DNA of 36,245 nt from Saprolegnia diclina VS20 (lineage: Eukaryota), in assembly GCF_000281045.1 (NCBI RefSeq), contig NW_008246092.1:270853-307097 (forward strand). The letters are read 5' to 3'. Each line of letters begins with the position of its first letter. The stretch's first letter is position 1. A model generated the notes under the pieces. The model ran no database searches. It was not told the DNA's origin and saw nothing but the letters and a program-made list of their open reading frames with translations. This document shows positions 1 to 12,323 of this stretch, one piece after another. Position numbers and translations under genes: made by a program.

Positions 1-2389
1 GTTGTACATGTCCACAATCAGATCCAAGTTGCCCGTTTGCCGGCGGAAGATTTCGGCTTTGCGGTAGATCGCCATTGCCTCTTCGGGCACTTCGAGGCCG
101 AGACTCAAAAAGTACTTGACTTCGCGCAAGAGCTGTACGAGCGCCGGGTCGAAGTTGACAAAGACGAGACCCGACTCGGCCTCCTTCCGGAGCAATGGCA
201 GCTTGAGCTTGGACTTGCTAGAGATTTCAATCGAGTGCGCCCACGTCTTGACGCTCGCGCTCTCAAACTCCATGAGCGACCCGACCAGCGTCGTGTACAT
301 CTTGATGACGTCTTTCGAGTCTTCGCGCTCGAGGATCGCGCGGTTGAGCCACTTGAGCTTCTCCATGGGATACCCAATGCGGTCGCGGAGGCCGCGCGCC
401 CACGCGACGGCGCCAGCGAACGGCGGAAAGTTGTACCCGATCGGCGGACTCTCGCGCTTCTCGACAAAGACTTGCTGTACAGCATGGAGGTCGGCGCTGT
501 ACGCTGCAATCAGAATTGCATGCTTCTTCTCCAAATCGTTCTTGATGATGGGTCTACGCCATGGTGTGAAACGCTAAACAAGTCGCAAAATCAATACCGC
601 TCGAGGAGATCGTCGAACGAGTCGAGGAGCTTGAAGCGGCCCGTGATGGACGTCGCGTCATCAAACGCTTGGTTGACAACGCTGGCCAAGCGTCGCTCGA
701 GCTCCTTGTTTTTCGATCGAAACTCGTAAAAATCGTCGTCAAAGCCTTTCGCGTCAATGTCCAGAAGGTCATATGCGACGTTCTGCACGACAACGACTGT
801 GTCGGTAAAGTCGGCATAAATCTGCTGCACGGACGTCGTGAGCGTCTTGCCCTTCGTGCCGCCCACCTACACTCAAACGTTGATATCACCATCATGTATC
901 AATGTATCGACTTCGATTTTGGCGAGCTTGCCAAACTGGACAATCGTCTGCGTGAGTTCGAGCACGTCGTGGCAGCGCTCTAAGAACGCATCGAGGCGAA
1001 TAAAGAGCGCGTTGTTCTGAATGCGCCATTGGTTTTGCGGGCACTCGGTGTTGGCTTTGGCCTTGTAGTCAAAGTACACTGCTTTATAGTGTGCACAGAC
1101 GCGCAGCGTCGTCTTGAGGTTCTCGAGCGCGCGCGGCGTCTCGTCGGCCGCCATGAGCTCAAACAGCATCGCGCCGTTCATGTAGGCAAACGCCTATAAT
1201 CATCCATAAGCATCATATCAGATCGTAGTTGGGCGTACCTTGCGAATGAGCTCGTTGCAAATGTGCCGCACGAGCACGACAAGCCGCGGTGGCGTGTTGT
1301 AGAAGCGGCTCCATTTCCAGACAAGAAGAATCGAATGCATCATGGGCCGGAAGAGATCGACGAGCACTGTAAAGGTCGTCTCGCGCTCCATTGCATGGAA
1401 CCTACAGATCATGAGCATGGTACAAGTCGTTCAGAGACGGACCAAGGCAAGAGGGGAGCGAGGAAGAGGACATTGTCGTTGGCCTCGGCGCGCGCGTGGA
1501 AGACCTCCTTGCAGAGTTTGGCGAACGGTACGTTGTACGTGCTCTTGGTCGCGTCGAGGTACTGGAGCACCTTCCGGATGCTATCGCTCTGGAGCTGGTC
1601 AAAGATCGAGTTGAGATTCCGCGCTTTCCCGAGCCAGAACCGGTTCTCCTCGGACGGACCAGGATGCAAGCCCTTTTCGTTGGCGTTCAGGAGCGTCTCG
1701 GGATCTTGCTTGAGGATATTTTTGATCTGCTTTGTCCACGTAATGAGACACCCTTCGAGCACGTGGACTTGGTCCTTGACGTGTCCGCCGTGGTCTAAGT
1801 CGTCGCCAAATGTCTTGGACGTCGACTGCTCGGGCGGCAGCGGCAGGCACGTCTCGCCTTTCGTTTGCCCAAGCGTAATCTGCAAGCTCGAAAGAAAGAG
1901 CTGGAGGTTCTCCGAGATGGAGGTCGCGACCATTTCCGGCCATGCGTGCTGGTTGCCGCTGTGCGAGACAAGAGGCACAAAGACGTCCTGCATCATGCGC
2001 GCCATGGTCTCGAGCACGCTGCGGTTGAGCGAGCCCGCGAGAAGCTCGGCGGCAATGTGCTCGGCCGAGACTGCGCTTTTTGCGACCTTGATGAGGTAGA
2101 AGATGTCGCTTTGCGCCTTGGCCGTCGCGGCCTGGATCGATTGCGCGATCGTAAATCGGCCGGCACTGGCCTCGTACACGAGCAAAAGGCGGCTCTCGCT
2201 GGCGCCGAGAAACTCGAGGATCCGCTGGCGCGTCGTATCGCTCGTCACAAAGCTGTGCACGTGGTCCAAGTTGGACGCGCGGAAGGCCGTCTCGAGGAGA
2301 CGGCTGACGTACTCGACGCGGCCGTCCGGCGCGTTGTTGCGGCTGCCACGCCGAGCGTCGATGTCGACCGCGGCTCCGGCTTCCGCCAT
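1..2389 (-). CDS. Axonemal dynein heavy chain, N-terminal tail region (outer-arm-like); runs off the left edge
   Basis: ATG at 2389; introns 1402-1442, 1194-1238, 867-911 and 554-597 (all GT-AG on -) join into one open frame to base 1. Tail motifs: GQTKGETCLPLP, VHVLEGCLITWTKQIKNIL, SRFYNTPPRLVVL, LFIRLDAFLERCHD, KIEVGGTKGKTLT, PPFAGAVAWARGL, VNFDPALVQLLREVKYF. Confidence 0.93.
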
Positions 2390-3073
2390 GCGAGATCTTG
2401 ATACGACGCTTCGCGGCTGTGTCCGGATAACGACTGAATAGTGTACTACCTAAGCTACTGTTACTAGGGGAATAGTGTAATATCAAAATACTGTGAAAAC
2501 GCTTCTCACAAACACCGTGGCGGTTTCAAACGGGGTGAATTCGCACGGCTAAGACGCCCTTGACGTTGTCGATCCACGTCGATGATGCCACCAAATAGCA
2601 GCAGTACTGTACTAGTAGCATTGCTAGTGTCGTCCGAGCAGTCAGTGTGCACTGCATGTCGACTGAGCCTGGGACGTTGTGTTTTTTGAATCAAGGAATT
2701 TGCACCAACTAACTAGAGCTAGCCGACGCTATGTCAGCGGTCAGTGCCTCAAAGCGGCAGGTTGCTGCTATAATAAAGCCGACGATAATATGGTATTTGA
2801 AAAAGGAATCAGAGACGCCACGCTAACTCGACTTTAGCTATGCAAGCATCCTAGCTCGACGGAGGGCACGATCACTGGTCAAGATCATGGAGAACGGCCT
2901 CTTCAGAGAGCCAAGCGCTATAAATAAGATGTCGTCTCTAATCTGGCGTCGGATTGGCTCCCGAAGAGGCGTGAAACCCCTGGCATTTCCGCGTGTAACC
3001 TCAAATTTGCAAACCCAACCGTGACCATTTGGTGTTTGGAGCGAGCAGACGACGAAGACCGCCACTCGACACA

Positions 3074-3622
3074 ATGGATCCAGTCGTGAGTCCATCGCAA
3101 CGCTGTGCATACAAATCGGGCAAGTGCACGAATGCGCGCACGCGCAAACTCAACGGTGGGCAGCACTCGCTCTGCGCGGTCCACCGAGAAAAGCAGAACG
3201 CCCACCAGCGCAAGAGCGACCGAAAAGCGCGCCAGCGCAAAGTGATGCAGTTGGCCGCCGATCCGTTCGTGTCATCGACACCGTTCATGCAAATGATCAC
3301 GCACATGCCCAAGGCCTACGACGCCATCTCGTCCCCCGGCGTCCCCGTGGTGAAGTACGAGCCGTATTGGACCAGCCACGTCGGGGACCAGGATCAACAA
3401 CATCAGCACATCGATGTTTGGTGGACGCACCGCCGTGCCACGATCGTACCGACAAGCGCTATCGCGGTCTACAGCGAGTTCCCAGAGTCTCAATATTCCG
3501 ACGCTTGGCTGTCGTCAGACGAAATCAAGCCGCAAGCGCAGCCCGTGCGATTGCCATCGATCCGCGAATTATTGCACCCCGTGTACGCCCGCGACTTGTT
3601 TCCGTCCCACACGGCAGCTTGA
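3074..3622 (+). CDS. Hypothetical protein with CX6CX15CX2H putative zinc finger and basic helix; possible transcription regulator
   Basis: Single exon from ATG 3074 (182 aa). CAYKSGKCTNARTRKLNGGQHSLCAVH followed by REKQNAHQRKSDRKARQRK; near the C-terminus RLPSIRELL. Confidence 0.75.
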   Translation: MDPVVSPSQRCAYKSGKCTNARTRKLNGGQHSLCAVHREKQNAHQRKSDRKARQRKVMQLAADPFVSSTPFMQMITHMPKAYDAISSPGVPVVKYEPYWTSHVGDQDQQHQHIDVWWTHRRATIVPTSAIAVYSEFPESQYSDAWLSSDEIKPQAQPVRLPSIRELLHPVYARDLFPSHTAA

Positions 3623-4379
3623 AGACTACGTTCTGCCATTGTACATGCTTACTATATATGAATTTGCTCGGAGCAATAGACCCTTTTACGTGGTAAATGG
3701 TAGCAACTCAATCTCGTACACCTCTTCACGTCAGATTTCATACCACCAGCACAATGTGTGCCTTTAGCTTGCTTCAACCGCGAGACGGTTTACAAAAGCC
3801 AAGCGAGAGGTCATTATCTCATGCTCCTATGCGAGACAACGAGTCATGTTCTATTTATTGGACGCTAACGACCTTACGACCGCCATGCTTGCAGCACGAA
3901 ACCACTCGCCGTCGACGACTCGTTGCACCACTTAGATCTATTGCATTAAAAACTATTACCCGCCTTTTCTTCACCAATCAAAAGCGTCGGTGGTGCTCTT
4001 TCATACGGAAAACGTCCCGCAGTGCGGTTGATCAAGTGTGAACGACCAATGGTAGTATGCAAAGATTCAACGCATATGCAAACCATATCTTGGGTACAGA
4101 ACACATACTTTCACATGGGCCCGTCGCCCAAGCCTTTGGTACGTACTACGTTCGACTATCGACGACGGAGAGATTAGTGCAGTAGTCCAGAGGGCGCACG
4201 AAACGCGGGACGACATCGCGACGCTTGGGCTCCACCAATGGCAGTGCGCCATTGCGATCCGCCGTTTTATTGGCCAGCATTTCTCTCTTATCTCATAGTA
4301 TCACCGCGCTTTGAGAGAGATGCTCCAGGAGCGTATTCGGATGCGCCGGTTACCGCACACTCGGATTTCGCCAAGTGCC

Positions 4380-5412
4380 ATGGCGACTAAAATGGACGGC
4401 GGAGCGCGCCGGCAGATCCCGATCGTGTGCCCCGGGCACTCGCGGCCGCTCACGGAGGTGCAGTACTGCCCGCACCCGACGCCGAACCCAGTGCCGGGCG
4501 ACGCCGACGCGTCGCACTACCTCCTCATCTCGGGCTGCCACGACAAGCTGCCGATGCTGCGCTGCGGCAAGTCGGGCAACTGGATCGGGACCTTTGAGGG
4601 CCACAAGGGCGCCGTGTGGTCGGCCAAGCTCAACAACGACGGGACGCGCGCGATCACGGGCAGCGGCGACTTTAGCGCCAAGCTCTGGGACGCGGTGACC
4701 GGCGACAACCTGCGCACGTTTGACCACAAGCACATTGTCAAGAGCGTCGAGTTCATCCAGGGTGGCGCATGGGTGGCCACGGGCGGCCAAGAGAAGCTTC
4801 TCCGCGTCTTTGACCTTGCGGCGACGACCAACGACCCGCTGTACACGATGACGTGCGACGAGGGCATCCGCAAGATCGTCGAGATCCCAGGCCAAGCCGC
4901 GGTGACGGTGGCGACCGGCGACACGGCCGGTAGGTACAGCGATGCATGGCCTTGTATCTCATGGAGAATGCATAGGCAACGTCGTGGTGTGGAACGTCGA
5001 GACGCAAACGCGCATCGCGACCTTTGCCGTGGACAAGGTTGGCGGCGTCATGGACATGGAGGCCTCGCGCGGTGGCCGCGTGCTCACAGTCGCGGCCGGC
5101 TCGCACGTGTCGTTCTTTGATACGACGAGTTGGACACTCCTCTTTGATGTGGCCATGCCGATTACGTTCAATGCTGAAGGCGGTGCGTCGCTTCACCCGA
5201 CGCTCGACCGCTTCGTCGCCGGCGGCTCGGACACGTGGGTCCGCGTCTTTGCGTGGGAAGCAGGAAAGGGCCACGAGCTAGAGTGTCACAAGGGCCACCA
5301 CGGCCCCGTGCGTTGTTTGCGGTACGCGCCGAACGGCGAGAGCTTTGCGACCGGGTCGGAAGACGGCACGATCCGCATCTGGCAGACAACATCGGCCGTT
5401 CGCTTGGAGTAG
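4380..5412 (+). CDS. STRAP: WD40 protein STRAP/unrip (serine-threonine kinase receptor-associated protein), 328 aa
   Basis: Intron 4930-4975. Signature motifs [78 protein letters not shown]. Confidence 0.93.
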
Positions 5413-5467
5413 TCAGTCAATGTTAAAGCTCGATATGAAGAAGATGATGAGAACACATGTCTCTTGC

Positions 5468-5907
5468 TTAGGCCACTTGGCGGGCGTACCACTTGAGGAT
5501 CTCGGCGTACTCGAGGTACCCCGTGTTGTTGGCGTCCAGAAGCATCACGACGGCCTCGAGCTCGGCTTCGGTCACTTCCACGTTCAAGTCTACGCCACGT
5601 AAATGCCTTCATCAAGCCGCAAGTAGGAGCTACCTTGGACGACGAACGTGCGCAGCTCCCGCGCCTCCATGCGCCCGTTCATATCGACGTCGTACTGCTC
5701 AAAGAGCTTGCGGAAGTTCTCGATCTCGGCGACCGAGAGCTTGCCGTTGAGCGCTTCCGCAGCTTTTTCCTGGAACCAGTGGAGTGAGAATGCGATGATG
5801 TCGGCGGGCGACGCGCGGATGACGTCCTTCGTCCACTCCTTGAGGATCAGCGGCAGCTCGACGGGCACCGCGATCTGCTCGGCGCTGAAGATGCGATTCA
5901 CGTCCAT
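5468..5907 (-). CDS. RIIa dimerization/docking domain (ropporin/RSP11-like) protein with two EF-hands, 131 aa; probable axonemal protein
   Basis: Intron 5590-5633; stop TAA at 5468-5470. N-terminus IFSAEQIAVPVELPLILKEWTKDVIR...IIAFSLHWF resembles the ROPN1L-type RIIa domain. EF loops DVDMNGRMEARE and DANNTGYLEYAE. Confidence 0.85.
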
Positions 5908-6057
5908 GAAACCAATTTGATTGCTCTTGGATGCAACGGCCGAGCATCCACTGTTTTAAATTCTGTTTCAGTGTCCTAATTAGGACTTTGTTTAATCAGA
6001 AGCACAGGGAATTCCACCCATTGGTTCGGGATTGGATCCCATTCACATCAACTCGCG
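5908..6057. promoter_or_regulatory. 150 bp divergent promoter between the RIIa/EF-hand gene and the PPR gene
   Basis: Head-to-head ATGs at 5907 (-) and 6058 (+); AT-richer spacer with two ATTGG (reverse CCAAT) motifs near 6020-6035. Confidence 0.6.
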
Positions 6058-8950
6058 ATGCAAGGACTGCGCGTGACGACGACCGCGCTTCGCCGGACCA
6101 TGGCGCTGCGCCGCCTCCAGGCGACGCCGCTGCTGCAGAGAGCCTTTGCATGTGGCACATCAGGCGCAAAGGACAAGACGAAGTTGATGGCACCCAAGAA
6201 GCCCCGGCCGGCCGACCAGTATGTCAACCCGTCTGGCATCGACTTCCACCACGATGCGCTCAAGGCCTTTCTGAGCGTGAACGATCCGACAGCCGACGAG
6301 GTCGATGTGGCCAAAGACCAGATCGCAGATGCGCTCGAGAGCCTGCGGCCGGACATGCTCGGTCCCGAAGCCACGGTCTTGTCCTTGGCGGCGGACAAGG
6401 TGGCCGACCCTGCGCTCGTCTTGCATGTCTACCGCGCGCTCCGCCAAGCGCGCGTCCAACCGGCGCCGCTCGTGCTTGAAATCTCGGCCCGGTACTGCGC
6501 CTTAGCATCGAATGACGCCAATGCGTGGAACACGGCGCTCGACATCATCGACGAGATGCACGACGCCGTCCACCTCATGGGGCCGTCCGCCGACATTTAC
6601 GAGCACGGAATCAACACGTGTGCCCAAGCCGGCAAGTGGATCGTAGCCTTGCGTCTTCTCAACGAAATGCGACGCTACAACCTCGAGCCCTCCGGCGACG
6701 CGCTCGTCATGGCCGGTCAGTGCTGCATTGCCGCCAACGAGCTCACGGCGCTCGACAAGGTGCTGCAGATGATCGCAGCCGACAAGGAGTACCTGGACGT
6801 CGACAACGTATACGAAAAGCTGCTGTTGACCGCCGTCGGCCAAGAGAACGCCGCCATTGCCCACCACGTGCTGCTGCACATGCACGAGTTCAAGCAGCCG
6901 ACGACCAGCCTTCGGGCTGTCTCGGCGTTCTGGCAGTCGCTCACGCGCCCTTCCTCGCAGGCGCCAGTCCTCGAGCTCACGCCGGCGCACCAAGTACAGG
7001 CGATCACGGCCTTTGCAGCCGACCAGCTCTGGATCGAGTTGCACCAATGGCTTCCGGTCCTCGGGTTTCCCGACTACATGGGCGCCGACGCATACGCGAC
7101 GTCGACCCACTACATGAAGATTGCGTTTCACATTGCGTCGTACCTCGAGGCGCGTGGCGTCGGCATGGACGGCACGTTCTACGATGCGCTTCTCCAAGGC
7201 TGCGGGCGGCATCAGATGCTGTCCGAGGCCCAGACGCTTCTTGCTTCGCATCCCAGCGTCACCATCTCGTCCTACTACTTTGCCATCACGGCGTGCCAGG
7301 CGCAGGCGCGGGACGCCGAAGCTCTCTTTGACGCGTACTCGGTCGCGGGCATTGACGGTATCGGGCGCCACATCAAGCACAAGCACACGCACGCCGACAT
7401 CTGCGACGCGCTCATTACGAGCTGGAGCAAGGCGCGCGAGTCCCGCAAGATCTTGGCGTTTGCGACGACGCTCCCGGCCGAGATGCTGCACCATTCGCGG
7501 ACGATGGGCTTGGTCATGCAGGCCGCGCGCAATGTCGAAGACTATGCGACCGTCGTTGACATCTTCCAGCAAGCCAAGGTGCACGGCGTGAAGTGCTCGG
7601 CCCACATGTATGCTGATGCGATGCTTGCGTACGCGCGCACCGAGCGCAGCCGCCTTAGCATGCGCCTGTACGCCCACATGCAGCTCGAAGAGCCCATGCT
7701 CAGTGTCCACCCTGTGGTACGCTTGCGTCAATGAACTCGAGTCATGTGACAAGGCGCGGTAGGTCATCAACATGCTCTTCCAGTGCGCCAACGCCTCGCC
7801 AGACGATATGATGGACGTGGTCGTCGATGCCTTTCACAAGATGGACCGCGCGACGAGCTCGACGACGCTGCAGTCGCAAGGCGTCATGGCCTTTCTTGAC
7901 GTCCTGGCCAAAAGCAAAGCGTAAACCCCGTAGGTGTGCAATGGAGCTAAGCCGTGGCATAGACTGCCGCGCGCCAAGTTGGCGGCCATGCACGACGTGT
8001 GGCAAGTCGTCATCGAGTCGCCCGAGGTCTACACGGCGCGGGACGGCACGCGCCCGCCCAACATGCTCAACAAGGCGCTGTTGCTCGCTGTCAACGCCTT
8101 TGATATCGATGCGGCCGAGAACCTCGTCATTTCAGCCGAAGACGTGGGCATTCGCCCGTCGCCGGTCACGTGCCAGCTCATGATGCGGCTGTACAGCCAG
8201 GCCGAGGACTTGTCGCATAACGCGCTGCTCAAGGACAAACCGGCGTATCCGGACCGCTTTGAGTTCTGGTGGCGCGCCTTCCAGGACCAGCACGACGCCG
8301 TTGTCAACGAGCACACGCTCGGACCGCTCTTGCTGGCGCTCGTGCGGGGCATTCCGCTGCGCGCGATTCGCGGACGAGGTCCGTTCACGGTCGACGACGC
8401 CTGGACGCTCATGGAGACCCAATCGATTCCGCTCACGCGCCACAATGCCGAGTACTTGATGCGGATCTACGCGCTTGACGGCGGCGAGGGCTATGACGGC
8501 GCCTGCCGCGTCATGAACCTCATGCACGACCGCAATCTGCGCCACACGCCCACGTCCCTCCAGCTCTTTGCGCAGATGGCCCTCGCGTCTGGAAACAGCG
8601 AGCGCCTCGACCAGCTCGTCGAGTTTCTGGATGCGCAAGACGACGATGCCATTGACCTTTGGCACGCGGTCGCCGACGTCATTGCGCATGCGGACCTGCG
8701 GCTGCGCTTCTGGCAGGCGCACTACGACCGCTTCGCGTGTACGCTCCACGCGCGCACGCTCGCCCTTGGACTGACCAAGTGCGATTCGGCCACCGAGCTC
8801 CGCGAATCGTGGGAGTGGCTCCAGCAGGCCGAGAGCGCGCCGACTTTGCTACTGCGCGCGGACCAGGCGTCGGCGCTGCGGTCGCGCCTCGTCGCATGGG
8901 GCGAGTCGCCCGACGACGCGGCGTGGGCCTTGCTGCTGGCGCGCGTATAG
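6058..8950 (+). CDS. Pentatricopeptide-repeat-like protein, probably mitochondrial, 934 aa
   Basis: Introns 7717-7762 and 7921-7962 join ORFs 6058 and 7934 in frame. Arg/Leu/Thr-rich N-terminus without acidic residues. PPR-like units such as IYEHGINTCAQAGKWIVALRLLNEMRRYNLEPS, FYDALLQGCGRHQ, MYADAMLAYARTERSRLSMRLYAHM. Confidence 0.8.
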
Positions 8951-9369
8951 GCCGTCCATCGCGCCTCCATAGAGTCCTCGCCGTCCTCCTCCTGCCACTT
9001 CCATGACGTCGTCCGATACGGGTCCTCTTCATGTTCTCTTCTTCGTGTTGCGCAATGCGATCCAAGCTGGCACCGCTTGGTTGACGGGATAATACAATGC
9101 CACCATTTAATTCTACATACAAAACGCAAGCTATTCGGCACGAAATAGAAATCGCAGCAGACCGCTTGTAGAGACCCGGACTGCACCCGGCGTTTTTGAA
9201 TACCCTCTCATACTGCATGCAAAGAAGAATCTAGTTCTGATAGTAGTCAGAGCTGTGAAAACCTGTCAGAATGCATACGATCTATATACATATACCTGGG
9301 GCGCCCCGCGCCGTCACCGACCACGGTCGGAGCCATTTTTGCTTGGGCGTTCCCGACGGTATTGGCAGC

Positions 9370-10034
9370 ATGGACGAGATGGGCATTGACCGCAAGATCG
9401 TCATCCTCGGGTGCACGGACACGGGCAAGACGTCGCTGACGATCCGGTACTGCCACAACAACTTTGCGACGCCGACGGCCGCGACCATCGGCGCGTCCTT
9501 CCTCCAGAAGCGCATTCTCGTCGACCGGCAGAAAATGACGCTGCAGATTTGGGACACGGCCGGCCAAGAGCGCTTCAAGTCGATGGCCTCCATGTACTAC
9601 CGCAACGCCAAGGCCGCGATCCTCGTGTTTGACGTGACAAAGGAAGACACGTTTGACAAGGTGCGACCGTTTGATGCTGGGCGACGCTAAGCTGAACGTA
9701 GGTCAAGGAGTGGCTGAGCGAGCTGCGAAAACACGTCGACAGCGACATTGTGCTGGCGCTTGTCGGCAACAAGTGCGACCTCCCGACAAACTTTAACTTT
9801 GGCCTCGCCGAGACGTACGCGCGCGAGATTGGCGCGACGGCCCACCGCACGAGCGCGCAGTCGGGCCACGGCGTGACCGAGATGTTTGAGACAGTCTCGC
9901 GCGGCCTCTTGGCGCAGTATTTGGACAACGAGCAGAAGGCGACGACGCCCCAAGCGCGGACAGACCCGCTCGATAAGATTAGCGTCGTGCCACCGCCGCC
10001 GAAACCCAAGCAGCGGTCGTGTCCGGGCTGCTAG
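9370..10034 (+). CDS. Rab GTPase, Rab5/21/22-related, 207 aa
   Basis: Intron 9661-9701. G1 GCTDTGKTS, effector ATIGASF, G3 WDTAGQERF, YYRNA, G4 GNKCD, G5 TSA, C-terminal cysteines (SCPGC). Confidence 0.92.
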
Positions 10035-10174
10035 ATAAGACAAAGATAAAGTAGAGAAGTTGACCCGCGCGATAAAGGATATGTAAGCGGCGACACCGCC
10101 ATGGTACAGTAGTCTCTTGTCTCTCTTGTTGGCGACCTCGCAGCCCGAAACCATCGAAACGGAATTCCATCGCG

Positions 10175-12162
10175 ATGGTCGAGGACGGGCGACGCCAAGT
10201 GCTCCTGCACGGCTTGGTCTTTGCGTCAACCTTTGATTCGGGCAACCTGCAGACTGTTGTCTACGACGCCGGCGCGAGCGAGTATGTGGTGACGGCGGCG
10301 CCCGACCCGGCACGGACGCCGTCGCCCACAACCTGGTTTTACTTTTCCATCTCGAACCTGGCGCCGCACCAAAGCATTGCCTTGCGCGTGCGCAACCTCG
10401 TACGTCATGTGGCCTTGTACGACCAAGACATGCGCCCAGTCACGCGCGCTCTGCCGTCGCAGCGCAAGTGGGAGCGGCGTACGTCCACTGACACGACACG
10501 AGATGAAGTAACCTCTCGCTAGTGCACACCAGCGTGGGCATGACGCCGTCGGACCCCGACTTTTCCATCACGTTTCGCCTCACGGCGCCGATGCCCGGCG
10601 ACGTGGTCTACGTCGCGTTCACGTATCCGTATGCGTACGCAGATCTGCAGCGCTCGCTACGCCGCCTCGACGCCGACATGGCGGCGCGCGACGACCTCTA
10701 CTACTGCCGCGAGACGCTCGTGACGTCATTGGACGGACACAACGTGGACCTGCTCACGCTCTCGTCTCGGCGCCAGTACGACTGCCGAGAATGACGTGTG
10801 CCGACCTCACGGCGTCGTAGTCTGGTCGACGCCTGCGAGCCGACAGTGCCAGAGCTGTTTCCAGAGCACGATGCAGTCTCGGCGGTACGACGCGATATTA
10901 GTGCAATCTCAAAGAATGAGGCGGGTAGCCACGGTCGAGGCTGTTTCAAACGAAGCGGGTCGTCGTGCTCACAGCGCGCGTGCACCCGGCCGAGACGCCA
11001 TCGAGCTACGTGGTCGACGGCGTCCTCGCGTTTCTCGTCAAGCGCGACGACCCGCGCGTCGTCGCTTTGCTGGACGCCTTTGTCTTCAAGATCATCCCCA
11101 TGCTCAACCCGGATGGTACGCTGAACGATGAACCGACAGGACAAAGACGTCGTAGGCGTTGTACGCGGCTACTACCGGCACGACACTCTGGGCCAAAACC
11201 TCAACCGGTACTACGACGCGCCGACCCTGGAGGCACAACCGACCATCTACGGCGTGCGCCACTGGTTCCTCGCATTGGTATGCTTGTGACGCTCGACATC
11301 ATCTTGCGATCGCCAGGTAGTGCGACGCTGAGGCGCCCAGCGTGTACGTTGACCTGCACGCGCACGCGGCGAAGCGCGGGTGCTTCATTTACGGCAACCG
11401 TCTCGAGTCCATCGACGCGCAGGTGGCGACGCAGCTCTTCCCCAAGCTTGTCGGACTCAACTCGGCTCACTTTGAGTACGACCAGTGCACCTTCACGGCC
11501 GAAAACATGGTCATGGTCGAAAAGCGCGACGGCGGGTACGTCGTCGACTAGAAAAATTCAATCAACTAACTAGAAATTGCGGAGGCTGTCCAAGCAAGGC
11601 TGTGCCCGCGTCGCCTTGCACAATGCGACGAAGGCCGCGCACCCGAGTTTGCACTTTTACACGCTCGAGTGCAACTACAACAGTGGGCGCAAGCCGGGGC
11701 GTGTGCCGCCGACCGGGACCTGGGCGCCCCGCGGCGTCAAAGCGTCTGGTAGTTTCAATGTATCAACTTGAGAGCCGACTGATGTTAGGTCCTTTGAGCC
11801 CCGAAGTCGCGGCCCGGTCGTATTTGCCCAAATACACGCCGGCTGCGTGGGCCGATGTTGGCAAGGGTCTCATGCTGGGTCTCTTGGACCTCTACGGCCT
11901 CAATCCGTGTTCGCGCCTTCCGCAGTCGTCGTGGCGGACGCTGGCCGGCGTCGTGCAGGAAACCCGCCGACAAGTCGCGCCAACGTTCATCAAGACACCG
12001 GCCTCGGCGTCAGCGTCCTCGGCAATCGAGAAGCGCAAGAGCAGCTTGCGCAGCAGCAACCAAGACGAGACATTATCCACCCAAGTCCGCGCCATCAAGG
12101 CGGCACCGGGCACCGTCCGCCTCCAAAAGCCACTCTTGCGTCGTCAATCAACGTCCAAGTAG
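10175..12162 (+). CDS. AGBL5: Cytosolic carboxypeptidase 5 (M14D tubulin deglutamylase)
   Basis: Multi-exon. Motifs FDSGNL, TWFYF, VAFTYPYAY, ARVHPAETPSSY, FVFKIIPMLNPDG, GQNLNRYY, YVDLHAHAAKRGCFIYGN, NSAHFEY, KRDG-LSKQGCARVA, YTLECNYNSGR. The true start could lie slightly upstream. Confidence 0.88.
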
Positions 12163-12323
12163 AAGCGAACATGCAGAGAGCGACGCCCCAAACCACAAAT
12201 TGTTTCGTGGATAATGCCCTGTAAATAGTCGTTTATAATGACGTTGGCGCAGGAGAGGACAACGAGGTGTGTCGCAAGAGCAGTCGCTTTTCCTTCCTAC
12301 ACCATTGTATTCGTTGGGTATCG

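Noticed and set aside
37..2401. Long plus-strand ORFs (37-729, 1263-2099, 1865-2401)
   Set aside because: Antisense shadows of the dynein exons caused by GC-rich codon bias; no recognisable motifs.
3623..4379. Short ORFs (3697-4041, 4067-4252) or an RNA gene in this spacer
   Set aside because: No coding-like bias, domain motif or tRNA cloverleaf seen; treated as UTR and promoter DNA.
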